A DNA stretch of 64,000 nt from the NCBI RefSeq assembly GCF_001194135.2, contig NC_069000.1:45932134-45996133 (forward strand). The letters are read 5' to 3'. Below, one piece after another: positions 1 to 13,900 of the stretch. The notes below the pieces were generated by a model that was not told the origin of the DNA, ran no database searches, and saw only the letters and a list, made by a program, of their open reading frames with translations. The stretch is from Octopus bimaculoides. Lineage: Eukaryota. The translations under genes and the position numbers were made by a program. Position 1 is the first letter of the stretch; the number at the start of each line of letters is the position of its first letter.

Positions 1-478
1 CAGGAGATATAGAATAGCAATAGAGAAATCATCATCACCAGCATCATCATCATTGTTTAGGCAGATATTTCTACGGTTGGGTGCTTTTCCTGTCATCGAC
101 CCACACATCTTTGCAAGTAAAGTAATATTCCTCAATGGCCAAACATGTTTCCACAGAGGATTGGAAATGAAGGCAACCACTTGCAGGATAATGACATTTG
201 TTTAACAACTCTCACACTTTGACAAGATAAGGAGATGGCAACACACACATTCTAAAGGCTTCTTTCAGTTTTCTGTCTAACAAATCTACTCTCACTGGGT
301 TACAGAAGACCCTTGGGCAAAATACCATGTAGTGGGACTGAATCTAAAACCCTAACCCTAACTCCTCAACCAAGCAGACTAGGGTCCCATTCAGGGGACA
401 GACTTTTATTATTACTTAACTGTCATGAAAACTGGGATTAGTTCCAGCCTGATAAGTTCAAGATGAACTTTTAACATT

Positions 479-600
479 TTGTGGCTGTGTGGTAAAAAGC
501 TTGCTTCCCAATCACATGGTTTTGAGTTCAATCCCACTGCGTGGCAACTTGGGCAATTGTCTTCTACTATAACCTCGGTTGTGAACCCTTTTTTGCCTAC
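479..600 (+). mobile_element. tRNA-derived SINE, family A (approximate ends)
   Basis: A-box TGGCTGTGTGG and B-box-like GAGTTCAATCC; same family recurs at about 11140-11285(+), 26070-26220(-), 40825-40970(+), 49785-49950(-), 53400-53535(-), 62135-62290(-). Confidence 0.75.
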
Positions 601-1050
601 GGACCCCTTGGATTCCTATTTTACTCGGGTGGATCCCCATAGCCATTCCATGTTTAAAAAATCCATTTATATTTTTAGAATGAGATACTAGGAGCTGTTA
701 AAATATTTGGCTTATTGTATAAGCATAACCAATTCATTGCACATGAATTTTAACAACAAAATCTCCTGGGTTTGTGGACCCAGTTGAGGGTCACTAATCT
801 AGTTTAACATCATCACTTGGCACTGTGGGTATCTTTAGTTGTGTCTATTCCGTTGTAAGTGTACAAGCCAGATCTCTGATTTGAGGATATTTTCTCCTTT
901 CCCTTTCACCTATTCTAGGACCAGGAGTATGCCTTTCCCTTCTGACTGAAAGATTCAAAAAAAGAAACCAACACAAAACGTGTACATCGAATTGTGTATG
1001 CGTGAGTGTGTGTGTGTTTATAGATAAATGAAGAACGGGACTATACATAC

Positions 1051-1157
1051 CTAATCGTATCGTACTGACAACATAGTAAGCTATGTGCATGGGGAGGACA
1101 GCAATGAGGACAAATAAAATTGCATAAAGGCCCAGCTTCCAATGGAAATATCTGGAA
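1051..1157 (-). CDS. GPR89: GPR89 coding exon 4
   Basis: Acceptor CACACAG, 107 nt, SRYFHWK motif, donor GTATGT. Confidence 0.95.
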
Positions 1158-4100
1158 CTGTGTGAAATCAGAAATAATATACTATTAGACAATTGTACAG
1201 ACTAGGAGTGCAAACAGAACATACATAACTATATATAAGCATCACCACAGATTAACATCTGTCTTTCAAGATGGCAAGAATTGGACAATTCAAGAGGATC
1301 TGACAAGTTAAAGGACTGTGTTGAGCTCCAATGTTTTTTTTTTTGCCATGGCTGAATGTTCTTTCTAATGCCAGTCACTTTATTGAGTGCACCAAGTGCT
1401 TTTTTGCTGTGGCAACAGCACTAGTAAAGTCACCGAGTAACTCGTAAGATAAGCCAAGTGTTGAGAGGCTAAAGTGTGAGAGAGGGACAGAGCCAAGTGT
1501 CTTGCTGAAGAGAGATCCATGGCTCTCGCAGCTGGAAAAAGGAGCAAAGACAGTGGTGAAGAGTTCTTAGAGTGTCTTCTCAACTTACAGGATGATGAAC
1601 AAAGAGAAGAGAAATGGTGAAGAGGATTAGGTGGACAGACAGGTTTTTATATGAAGTACAAGTTGAAGAAAATACTAACCTTGCATCTAAAACTCCAAGT
1701 ATTTCGAAAATAATTAATTCAAACATTGTACAGCATAAAGAAAATGTAATGGAGAAGACCAAAAGGATGGCTGACCGATGAACCTGGCAAAAGACACACA
1801 AAAAAAGACATAGCAGTGTGGGTTAGAAGGGTTTAGAAATAGCATTAACGTCTGACTTGAACCTACAGACTCATTAGGATGGAGTTTAACTCAATTTCTG
1901 AGGCATTGAAGTGACTCAGAGTACAAAACTTGCCCCCTTGAGTGGGACAGAAGTTCATCACAAAGAGAACCCCCAGTTGCAACTGGTACTCATTGGTCAT
2001 AAAGTTATGGGTGGAGGGCACATTATATCCTTGAGCAAGGTGCTTCATTTCTCTTTGTTGCTGTCCACTCAACTGAAAATGAGTACCAGTTGCAACTGGG
2101 GGTTCACTATGTGATGAACTTCTGTCCCACTCAAGGGGGCAAGTTTTGAAGGAGAGTATATTTTAGATTAAAAAAGAACTTTATCTTCACTTTGAAAAAT
2201 AAAAGAAATATAAAAACTGCCTTATTATTTATGGGATGACTCAATACATACATTTCAAAATAATCCCATCCACTGTGACCTTGACTTCTGCAGGCTCTCT
2301 AAGACACAGAATGTCTACTGTGACCTTGACCTGGCCTTCCTTAGATTGTCTGAGCAAAATGAAATCCACTGTCCACAACTATCAGAAATCTGTTGCTGTA
2401 GTTCTTGACCCTTATCTTGTAATGATCCCTTTTTAAAGAGGCACCCACTTAAGTGGTGAGGTATCACGACTAAACTAACTTAACATGGATGTTAGTTTAT
2501 AAATTTTACTCTAAAAAGAGATTAAATAATGTTTTAAAAAGTGAAATGATAAAAATTTAATAACGACAAATGTAAATTTACTTTATTCATTGCAAGTTAA
2601 TGACTTACCTCTGCCTGGTGAGATCTCATTTTATTTTAATTACCATTAAGAGTTTAATTATGTGTAATTACTAATATAGTTAACATTTAGTATGTTAATT
2701 ATGTTACCTTGCTGTCTCCTTATCGCTGCCTTTGATGTGCCCAGCACCCCCACCTGGGGGAAGAACCCCTGGTCTACTGTGACAAGCGTGATCCATTGTG
2801 TTTTTGAGCTTTGTACACCCAACCATGAAAAGGACTTCTATTATGACCTTGAAATACATTCACAGATAAATGAGATTCTTTTGTGGTCTTGACTTCTGCA
2901 GCTCCTCTCAGACAATTGAGATTCAATGTGCCCAAGACTTTTACATGCCAGTGGCATGTAAAAGCACCCATTACACTTTCAGAGTGGTCAATGTTAGAGA
3001 GGGCAACCAGCCATAGAAAGCCATGCCAAATCAGGCTGGAGTCTGGTGCAACCTTCCAGTATGCCAGCCCACTCAAACCGTCCAAATCATGCCAACATGG
3101 ACAACAGATGTTAAATGATGATGATGATGTTACTTAATGACAGGAAATATGAGTTTATAAAGAGCAATATTAATTGCAGGGTAAAGGTGGAAAGTTGAAC
3201 CCATACCCTATTCATGTGGTAGTTTAGATCAGTTGGTGTATTGTCTAAGAGAAGATCAATAATTTTGGCCATTCCTTGTAATCTCTGTGGAACTGTTTGA
3301 GATCTAAAGCTGAAGACATAATAAGGTAAAACAGAGGTGGAATAATCATAGCTAAGCTTTGTATATTGATGACCTCGATTGGGTTTTGATGAGGGGGAAA
3401 GAGAGGGGAAACAAGTTATGCTTCACAGAATACTTACTTCATAATCTTTGAATAACTGTTTTAAGAAGAATACCCAACCTCCAGCAAAAAACAGCACCTG
3501 AAAATAGTAGATAAAAGTACTCAAGATACATCAGTATTATTATATTTGTTATTGATTATCATCATTCCATTGTTTTTATGCAAACTTTTTCCCTGTTGGC
3601 ATGGGTTGGGTGAAGACGTATTAATGCAATGTTCTACAGCCAGAAACAAACTAAACGATTTCTAGGAGCTTTTATTTTCTTCTCCTACCCCACTCCTTCG
3701 TCTCACCACTCTCTCATTAACCCACAGACATTACTTTTCACTCTCTCTCTCTCTCTCCTATAACTGCCTTCACTAACACCATCTCTTAACAGTAAACTAG
3801 TAGAACTGCATTAAGAACTGTCTTGAAGCCTGATGAATGGTCCAACCCATGCTGGTATGGCAGACACCCCAACCCTAACCCTAACCCTTCTACCACTCAG
3901 TTCTCACTTACTCACACTATCACCATTTCCACTCTGTGCCTTCTCACTAATCCCTAACCCTTCTCCTTCCCCTCTACTCCTCTACTCTCAAACCCAAAAC
4001 TGTTCCTTCTGTTCTTCCCTCCATTACTATTTTCTCACATGTGAGCCACAAGGTGAACTAACAGTGCTGGTCCCACAAAAAATACCCAATTCCTCAGGTG

Positions 4101-5855
4101 AGTGATTGGTAATTGATTCAAACAACAACAGCACAGGTCTTGAAAGGGCTCTTTAGTCCCACTGATGACAAGGCAACTTAACCAGTGATGATGCTGGGAA
4201 AAATTGTACCCAGCACATTCTTATAGAGTAGTTGAGATTAGGAATGGCATCAAAAATGAGACGATTGGAGCGAAAGGTGGTCCTCAAATCCATTGAAACC
4301 TATTGACCCCTCCTACCCAAGCCAGCAGGGAAATGGACATAAAATGACAATTATTATTATTATTATTATCATTATTACTGTTATCAGTGAATCTGTACTA
4401 GTGCCAATATCTTTGACCTTCGTGGGTCATCTTAGATAGGTGAGGTCAATATGGTTGCTATAGGAAAACCATTTTATGTGATTAAGAAGGGTGAGATATA
4501 TTAGGAACGTTGAGGTGGGAGACTGATGCAGCACTTAAGAATGAATAGAGATGCTTTAAACATGTAGAAGCTGTTTTAGTAGTAGTAGTAGTAGTAGCAG
4601 AGACAAAGAGAGGAAACAGTACGTTGGTGGGCAAATGGTTGTTGTGTATTTATTGACTATTTGCCAATCAGCTTGATAGAATTTTCTTTAAATGTAGTCA
4701 TAAAGGTTTGTGTGCTTAGTAGCAACAGCGGAACCGACCAAGATATTTGATCAATACACTGATATGAGTCACATATGAGCTTTGTAGATGAGTTACCAAT
4801 TAATGAGAACTGAAGAATTTTCTGGTTCTTTAGAGAAATTGCAATATTTAGAATGTAATTTTGGCAATAGTTCTCTCTTTCTCAGATGAAAGTGGATGCA
4901 GCTAAACTGGGTGATTCTTCGTTTCTCAATGGAAATGAACTTGTCAAACACTCTTCCATGGCACTGTTTTGTTCTGAGCATTTACCGAAGTTTGGCAACT
5001 TTCAGCACCGACCAATGAAAATACCCAGCCCCTGAATAAAGAATGGACCTACTGGCACTTTTCTAATTATTAATAATTTAAAAACCAAACAATAAATTAT
5101 TTATACATTCACCCAACATAACTTTGAACAAATTGAATGGGTTGGAGAAGAAGCAACTTGTCTTTCGCTTTTCTTTTGGCAGTTTGACAACTTTTCTATT
5201 ATGGTTTTCTTAATCCATTAATTCGGTTAAAAATGAAAATAAAGTTACTGTCAAAATTCTAATGGAAAGTTATGCATAGTTTGAATTTAGAACTGTAAAA
5301 GTAAGGGTGATCTTTGCTTTTAGAGTCCTAAATTCAAACTGATATTTTGACTGTGCATTTACACGTTAAATTAAGAACATAGGAAAAATAAATTCGTCTA
5401 TACCTAGTTTGAGTGTAAAAATTATTTTTCTCTTATGTATACACACATATACACACGCATATATGTGTATACATACCCCTCCTACATATATATATATATA
5501 TATATATATATAACAAAGACAGTCAAAAGAGCAATTTGAAATTAGGACACCGGACGATACCCAATGAATAAATGAGAAAGTTCACCAGTTTATTACTGGT
5601 ATTTATTTATTTCATTGACCGCGGACGGAGTGGAGGAATGAAAGGGTTCTGGTAGAGTTTGAACCCAGAAGAAGGTATTTGTTTTTATGAAGCTCTACCG
5701 CCTGTGCCATTTGTAACAATATCTCTCGTACCTGTCCACCTGTGTGTGAGAAGCGGAAGAACATGAAGAAGTCGACGATTATAGTGGTGAATGAAAAGAC
5801 TGACACCTACTTGAGAGAAAAGCATCACCAGGGAGTCAACAAGGAAAGAAGACAT
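1051..5855 (-). CDS. GPR89: Golgi pH regulator (GPR89/GPHR), 5' part; join of exons 5855-5811, 3497-3438, 1783-1680, 1157-1051; continues beyond the left edge
   Basis: Spliced translation MSSFLVDSLVMLFSQ/VLFFAGGWVFFLKQLFKDYE/VHRSAILLVFSITFSLCCTMFELIIFEILGVLDAS/SRYFHWKLGLYAILFVLIAVLPMHIAYYVVSTIRL matches the recalled GPR89 N-terminus (MSFLIDS..FFGFGWLFF..LFKDYE..CTMFELIIFEILG..SRYFHWK). GT-AG introns with compatible phases 0,0,2. Confidence 0.95.
1680..1783 (-). CDS. GPR89: GPR89 coding exon 3
   Basis: Acceptor TTTGCCAG, 104 nt, CTMFELIIFEILG motif, donor GTTAGT. Confidence 0.95.
1924..2148. repeat. 71-bp inverted repeat pair (69/71 identical) around an 83-bp spacer; SINE-derived
   Basis: 1924-1994 is the reverse complement of 2078-2148 with 2 mismatches. 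Confidence 0.92.
3438..3497 (-). CDS. GPR89: GPR89 coding exon 2 (VLFFAGGWVFFLKQLFKDYE)
   Basis: Acceptor TTTTCAG, 60 nt, donor GTAAGT. Confidence 0.95.
5811..5855 (-). CDS. GPR89: GPR89 coding exon 1 (MSSFLVDSLVMLFSQ)
   Basis: ATG at 5855, 45 nt, donor GTAGGT. Confidence 0.9.
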
Positions 5856-6603
5856 TGCTGGCCGTGAAGAAAATATGGAATTCTTCACGAATACGTTTAG
5901 CAGCGACGACGGTTTGTTTCTGCAATATATTTTATATTGTCTTCTGGGAGAGTTTCACATGAGGAGAGGAGTCAATAGTGTTCCGGTTGTGGCGATTGTT
6001 TGAAGCTGGGACACGTAGGTGACGGGCAAAATTAAAAAGAAGACGTTGGCCATCACGTTGCTAACAACCGGTGTCACACCGAATATGTAACACTACTAAC
6101 CATTGGCCAGTGCCGTTCACCAACTTTCTTTACTTGTTTTATTTCGTCACAGATTTATTTAAATGACAGATCTAATTTAATAACGACTATGTTCGTCTTC
6201 GTCTTACCGATTGGTAATTATAAAAATAGAAATAAATTTGGTGAAAGTTCATATGTCTATTTATTTACAAGATTGCATAGGGGATTCCAATAAGGGATTC
6301 CCGGTCTGAACCAATGATATTTCTGCTTACATCGCAACGTAGTGGGAATCCCTGGCTGTTCCATTAAATAGCTTTACACCAACGTACAAGTGTCATTCTC
6401 GCGTCCTTTTCAAAGTAATAGCCGATACAGAAACTGTCTCTCGTCCGAAAAAGAAATTCTCAATTCTACAAAGTGCATTGAAAGTCGTTAGAAATACACC
6501 AAAAGTGAGATATAATGCAAGTTTACCGAGTTGAAGAGTGTTAAGTGTATTAGTCAGAGCACATGTTCTACGAGGAGGACGCCATATTCTGTCGGCTGTA
6601 AAA
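5856..6603. promoter_or_regulatory. Shared divergent (bidirectional) promoter and 5'UTR region of GPR89 and USP25/28
   Basis: 748 bp between opposed ATGs; visibly richer in CpG than the flanking introns; TSS positions cannot be determined. Confidence 0.7.
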
Positions 6604-6645
6604 ATGACAGTGGAACAGTCTTCTCTACAGCAACAAATTACCCAG
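6604..6645 (+). CDS. USP25: USP25/28 exon 1 ([14 protein letters not shown])
   Basis: MTVEQ start as recalled for USP25; donor GTACTG, phase 0. Confidence 0.85.
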
Positions 6646-7658
6646 GTACTGTCTTCTTCAATAACTTACCTTATTAACACACCTGTTTCATGGTCTACTC
6701 AACCATTACCTATCTACATTATTCAATGAATTCTTTGGTCTATTTCTAAGGCGTAAAAGAACCACAACACAAAAACCCCCAGCACCAGTAAGACCTTCAC
6801 ATCTCTCTGCCTCCCCCTCCCTTTCTACAAAGCCGTGTCCATCACTTCTGCTACCACCTCACTATTTCCCTACTCACACTTCCACTCAAGCTCTACACAG
6901 CTCTATTTAAAACTATATTTATATATATATAATATCCATATATATCACATTTACGTATTATATACCCCCTATATATACTTAATATACACGCATATAATGT
7001 GTGTAGATGTTTATGTACATAGATGTACGCAGAAGTACGTATGTATGTAGATATGTGTGTATATATACGTATATAAAGTGTATATATACATAAATACGCA
7101 AATATATTTATATATACACAATATATACAAATAGTATACGCAAATGCACTTTCTATATATATGTATGTTTGTATGTACCTTTTATCTATGTATATATGTT
7201 TATAGATGTGTATATATGTATCAGTATGTGTATATAAACGATGCCTTCATAAACTGTGTTTGTGTATATATATATGTATGTATGTATATACGCAAATATA
7301 TGTAGACACATACAAATAGTATACGCAGATTCACGGTGTATACTATAAATATTATATATATGTATAAGAGTGTTATATATATATGATGGTGTTAATGTGG
7401 TAATTAATGTATTTGAGGAGAGGGTCTTAGGAGGGAAATGGTGGTGTATTTTGTTGTTATTGATGTTTCCTTTTTAATGTCTGTGTCTTTGGTGTTAGAT
7501 TTTTTATGGAGTTGATGATGTCTTCGAGTCTTTGAGACGTCTTCTTGGAGGAACACTTTTTCTTACACCACTGGCTCTCTGTGTATGTCTACATGTGTGT
7601 GTGTATATATATATAGGTGTGTGTATGTACATATATTTATGAGAAATGTAGGTTTGTG

Positions 7659-7698
<40 letters not shown>

Positions 7699-7892
7699 GA
7701 CATTGGTTTGAGTATGTATGTATATATATATATATTTAGACATTGGTTTGAGTGTGTATGTGTGTATATATTTAGACATTGGTTTGTGTGTGTTTATATA
7801 TATATTTAGATATTGATTTGAGTGTGTGTATGTATGTATATATATATTTAGACATTGATTTGAGTGTGCGTGCGTGTGTATAAATATGTGTG

Positions 7893-7926
<34 letters not shown>

Positions 7927-10900
7927 CTTAGGTGTGTATACGTGCTTGTGTGTATTGAAATCGGTCTTTAAAAAGCAGAACTTAGGTAAATATTGTGCAT
8001 ACGTATATATTATATATTGAATATATACTTTGTCGGTTGTAGTGTGTGTATACACATATATATATTCATACATATATTTGTTAATCCTTGGATAAGCGTG
8101 TGTAAACGCAGCTGATTCTAATTTTGACCATTTTTGTTTTGTTTTCAATTACTATATATATATACATACGTGTGCCTATAATGTACATGGATAGGTGAAT
8201 GTATGTATAGTGTCTATATTTTATAGTGGAAACAGAAGCTTCTTGAATCGTCACTCGAGTTCCATGGTTCCACATGTTCAAACGATTTGATAATTCGAAA
8301 CGTAAAACTTGTAGTCGCGATTCAAGAAGCTTTAGAATTTATCTAAACGTTCTGTTGTGTGTGTGTGTGTGTGCAAAACCTTGTATAACGTAGTATAAAA
8401 TAAGTCATGCCTTATGTTATTGATAAATTTATTTCCTGTATCTGTGATTCATCTGGTGTACTCATTCGTGAAGACATGTTATCTCGCCACTGATATCCAC
8501 TTTCTACATCGTTATTCACACTTTATCCTTTATCTGTGTGTGTGTGTGATAGCATCTGGTGCCTTGTGTTTCTTTGTATATATATGCATGCATCCGCGTG
8601 GGTGTGTCCGTGTTGACAGATGTATGCCTGCTTGTATAGGAATATATGTATATGTCTGCCTGGTTCGGTTATTTTGTGTATCTGGCGTGTCTGTGCCTGA
8701 GGGTAAATGCACTTCTGTGTGTGAGGGTCAGACGGTGGGTGGATTCATTCATGTGTACTTGTCCATCAGTGGGTGTGACTGCTTGTGTGTGTGTGGAGGG
8801 TTGTCTGCTGTATAAGAAGTTCACTACATCTGTATGTGTGCGTATTATACACACAAATTGTGTGTGTACTCTACATATCTTCAGTGTCTTTTACCCTGTT
8901 TTTTTATTGATCATCAAAATATGTTTGAGATTTTCCAATGGTACCATGAAACTACCATTCCTATATCAATGTTGTCATCGTCTGTCTCTATTACTTCCAT
9001 TCTCGACCTCTCTGAAAGTAATCACTTGTGTTTCTGAATATGTGCAGAATAAAATCTGACATTAACTTAGTGTAGACCAGTTTTGCTTCTTGACAGGTTG
9101 AGCTTCAATCTAACTCTATAGAAATAAGTACTGAGCTTTGGTCCTTGAATTTGTGTTCAAGAGAATTTGGTAATAAACCTCACCTACATTGAGATAAACA
9201 ACACAACTTCAACATGATGGAGCATCTTGGAATATGCTAGATTTCATCACAGACTGACATGTACTGTTTGGCTTTCTCTTGGACTCATGGCGCTGTTATA
9301 GATTTTATTTACTCCTTTGTGACAGAAGCCTTTAAAATTGTCTTGTCTATAGGGTAACTAATCATAGTTTTGTTTTAGCTTATACCACTTGCAACTGTTC
9401 ATGAACAACGTTAACAGCATCCGTCTTTCTGATATCCGAGAGCCTGCCAAGACAGTGGGCACAGTTCCTTTATCTTGACCAACCCAATAAATATAAATGG
9501 TCAAGTCATTTAGTTGCTGAAGGCTTAGTGCTCCCAGCTGTACATGGGTACCATTGTATCACATAATTCATGACTAAATAGTTGACAAGTAGTTGTTTAA
9601 TTTGCACTGTTGTATTTACCTCCTGCCCCAAGTACACAGGGCACCCACAGATCTCACCTATATATACACAGAACTACTATTACAATAGCTTTGCTCTCTG
9701 ACATCATTACATTTCTGAAATGGTACTTAAAAGTCCTTTATTTTGATTTGTATAAAACTGGTGCGTGTTTATCTGTTTTAAGGGTTAAGTTGAAAGGTGA
9801 TAAAGGATGTAAATGACTCCCTCTGTTGATAAAAGTTTTCTTAGTACAAACTGCGAACTGTATGAGATGTTTGTAAGAAATGTCACAGTGCATGACAAAT
9901 ATCAACAGTAAATTTAGAGAACCTCTGACAATTGGGAATGAAAGAGTGATCTGTTGGACGTGTGTTATGAGAGAAGATGAGTGAAATGTTGTTGGATGTT
10001 TAGTTTGTGCATATTGCAAATACAACCACACAGATGTGGACATGGGAATGGATAATAAGAAGGAGGGAAAGTTGTTGTGTTTGGGGGTAGATGAAAGGGG
10101 ACTTAAGCATAAATACTTAGGTTAGAACATTGTGAAATGGTAGAGATGTGCTATGGTCTACCCCTTATCCAGTTGCTGATGCAAATCAAATTTGTTCATT
10201 AACAGATGATTATGTTGGGTTATCAAAAATTCGTTTTTTGTTTTTCATTTATTTTAATCCTTTTTCTCATCAACAATTTCAATAAATCAAGAAATAATAT
10301 ATTCTCCTTCATAGTTCACAACTTCTTGCCGACATTCCATTAGCTTGTCAATGCACCAAGTCTTGACTTGAAGAATTTGAGCCATATTTTCACTTCCATA
10401 TCATTGTTGTGTATTCTATGGATGGTAGGTTGGATAGATCTACCCATTCCCCACTAACAATTGTTTATACAAGAAACAGAACTTAATTGGTGTCAATCTT
10501 TACCCATTACTCCCTTCTTTATAAATCTTCTTCAACTTGCATCAATCAATGAAACAAATTTTGACATTTCTTCCTTTCCAGGGGACATGAGCTTACCTTA
10601 TCTGAAATAACGCATTTCATTCTCCCTTGTATAAAAGTATTATTGTTTAGTTTCAGGTCAGTCTTCAATGAGTGACTGTTAAAAGTTGCTTTCTTTTTTG
10701 TTGTTGTTGTTGTTTTTTTTTTATTCATTAAGCTACATTATCTAATAGGTTTTTTTTTATATATATTAAGCTATAGGGTGTAATTTGAGATTTGACAACT
10801 TAAGAGGGTTGAATGACTGAGTAGAAGCATTTCTGTTTGCTTGCGGTTCTGTATATACAAATAGTCTGTAACATGTCCTCACGGAAGCAACAGTCTCGGC

Positions 10901-13900
10901 TGCAGTGACTGCATTTGAAGTCACTGTCTGCTAGTGTTGTCTTGGTAATATTTTTCTTCTCATTCAAATTCTGCTGATGTCAACTTTGCCTTTCAGCCTT
11001 TCAGCGTCAATAAAATAAGTACCAGTTATGCGCTGGGATCGATGTAATCAACTAGCCACCCCCACCCCTGAAATTGCTGGCCTTGTGTCAAGATTTGAAA
11101 CTAAAGTTTTTGTTTTCTTCAGCAGCAAGCTTCAGCTGTGGGGTTTAGAAATTTGCTTTCCAGGAATGTGGTTTTGGGTTCAATCCTTGTGTGTGACTCA
11201 TTGGGCAAGTGACTTCTGCTATATCCCCAGGCTGACCAAAATTTTGAGTGAATTTGGTAGATGAAAACTGAAAGAAACCTTGTAGTTTGTTTACATTTAT
11301 GTTCTACGAAAGCTTCAAACTGGGAGCAATATTTTTGTTGTTGTTGTTGTTGTTGCTTCTGTCAACGAATCCTCTTGCTTTGGCCCTTTTGAAGATGTGT
11401 GAAATAAGAGACCCCTTACTTGAAAAACAGGGAGGGCATCTAGCTGTTAATATACGCTCAATGCTTCAACAATATATTCATCTAACCTATGCGAGCATGG
11501 TAAAACAAACATATGCGTATGAGTAAAGACAGCTGTATGCAGAAGTGCATGTCACTGAAAGTGGATGGCACCTGTGGAAGATGGGGACCCAGGAAGGCAT
11601 GGGATGAAAATGTGAGGACTGATCTCAGGATGTTAGGGCTCACAGAGGAAATGACAATGGACTGAGATGTTTGGTGATATGAAATTCTAGGGAAGACCCA
11701 ACCATGTCAGCGAAACAGTGCTAGAAGTGTTGTCCCACCCGCATGTAACAAACTCTGTGTAATGAGAGTGGCGTTATATCAATTCATGCTGTTATTCCTA
11801 TTCAACATCCAAACTGCAGCAAGAAGCTTGTCACTATCCCTCTTTTTTCCCCCTCTCTTACCATTCCCATAATCCTGTCCCCTCTCCATTCTCACTTATT
11901 TTTTTTATCTCTCTTTAATGTTCCTCATCACTGCATGTTTGCCTTGAAAAGAAAAGCATGAGCTAAACAAACTTCTTAAATCTAAAAGGGACCAAAGTAA
12001 CACCTCTAAAATGCACCCAATTTGCTCTGTATGGTAGTTGGTGGCATGAAGGGTCTCCAGCCATGGAAACCATATCAAAAGTGGAATTTTTAGATGAGGT
12101 GTGATTGTCCAATTTCTTCTTGGAGAACAGTAACTCTGAATTAAGGATTGACATTAGCCCTGGCAATGTGCCTAACTCTCACTGACATAGACCATGTGTG
12201 TAAAAGTGATGATGAGGAATCTTATTTTATAACCAGACCCATTAGAAACAGCAAAAAACCTGCAAACAACTGTGCTTATCAAGATTTTCTTCCAAGAAAC
12301 AAGTACGTTATAATAGAAAAAGAGAGGAGATATATTGCAAGCTAAAATGACAAGGAAATTCAAAATTTGGAAATGTTCATTGTATACATCAGTCTCGTTG
12401 AAAAGAGTCATAGACAAGGTCAGCAGATTCCCTTGCTATACTGTCACTGTTCCCCATATCTTATACAGTTTTATAATAGAAGGTAAATTTATTGTATAGG
12501 TGCAATAAATAGAGCATTTTGAACCTGTAGGAGCTTAACCATTATTTACTTAACATTCTAGACACTGTAGAATAGAATAAATATTGGATTCCTCATCTCA
12601 TAAAACCAGATGAATTTCTGTTACTGTTTTTTGAAACCTGTGAACTGCAGTGTGTGTGAGTGAGAAAGTGTGAATGCATTTAACCATTTTCTCCTGTACA
12701 TTTCCAATTTGTCTACAGGATGCATGTGCATACACACGTGTGTGTGTGTGTGTATGTTAGCTTTTCATAGTGTTGTTTCTATACGTGTGCGTTGTACATT
12801 GGTCAGTATGCGTCTGTGACTGATTTGCTGGGAGATTTAGTCTTAAGAATTTTCAATCTTGTTTTGAAAAATAGGAAGGTATTATCTTCCAGTAACTACA
12901 AACACCTCCCCCCACACAGTTTCTATTAATGTGGCTTTTAGGCTTGGAAATTTCAATGTGTTATATTATTAAAAATTATTCCAGTATAAAAATATCAAAA
13001 CTGATGTTCTATATTTCATTTATAATAATGGCTGTGGTTTTTTTAATGTTTTTTAAAATTCTTTTTTTTTTTATAATCTATATGTCTTGTCAGCTTTAAT
13101 CACATCATGGATTTACTTTAATCACTTTCAGTCACATCTGACTGAGCATGTGTACATAGTCTGCTACAGTGTGGAAATCTGTTGCTGCCAATAGGCTGTA
13201 GACAATTCTAGATTCTGTCCATGGTAGACAAAGCAGCGTTTAACAATGGTTTCTTCATATTCTCTGCTGGTTGATCAAATCCTTGTGACTGTGTTAAGCT
13301 ATACTGACCATTATAAATTGTACATGTGACACGAGGTTTCATTTTCAACATCAAAAAATACACGAACAAAAGATAAATTTCTCTAAAAATAATCTCTGAC
13401 TCCTTTGTCAGTCAGTTCTTTGGTTCTGTTTTAATGTCTAATTGGCACTGATGGCTTTATGGCACCCCACCTATTGTTTTGACTGACTATTTGACTGCAA
13501 GTCCATTTTAGGACCATCATTACATTTCAGCCATATCCAATGGCTGGCCCTCTCACCTGTTGTTCAGAAGGACATCTAAGCATCACAGAAGCAGGTAAAT
13601 GTGCCTGTCTCCTCAGACTCCGTTATCTCCCACACCTGATCATTATATGATGAAGCCTGACCTACTTCATTTATATTCTTCAATGCTTATTCTTATTTGG
13701 TTTGTTGCCAATTGTGGTCTGGCAGACTTGGTTAAGCCATACCACCATGGAGTATGTTCATAAATAATGGTGCTGCTGCTAGGAATGTGGTTGTGGTGTC
13801 TGTATTGGGTGGTGGGTATCATTGTGCATAAACAATGTTTTCATGGTTTGTGTTTTGTTCTTAGTTCTCTTTTATTTCCTGTAGGTGGAGTGTTAGCCTC

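Noticed and set aside
349-362. CCCTAA telomere-like repeats here and at about 3868-3887
   Set aside because: Only 2-3 units each; indistinguishable from low-complexity chance.
6045-6115. tRNA-like segment on the minus strand inside the shared promoter (TGGCCAATGGTTAG A-box-like; 8-bp stem with a TATTCGG loop)
   Set aside because: No B-box/T-loop (GTTCRA) and no acceptor stem; at best a decayed SINE head.
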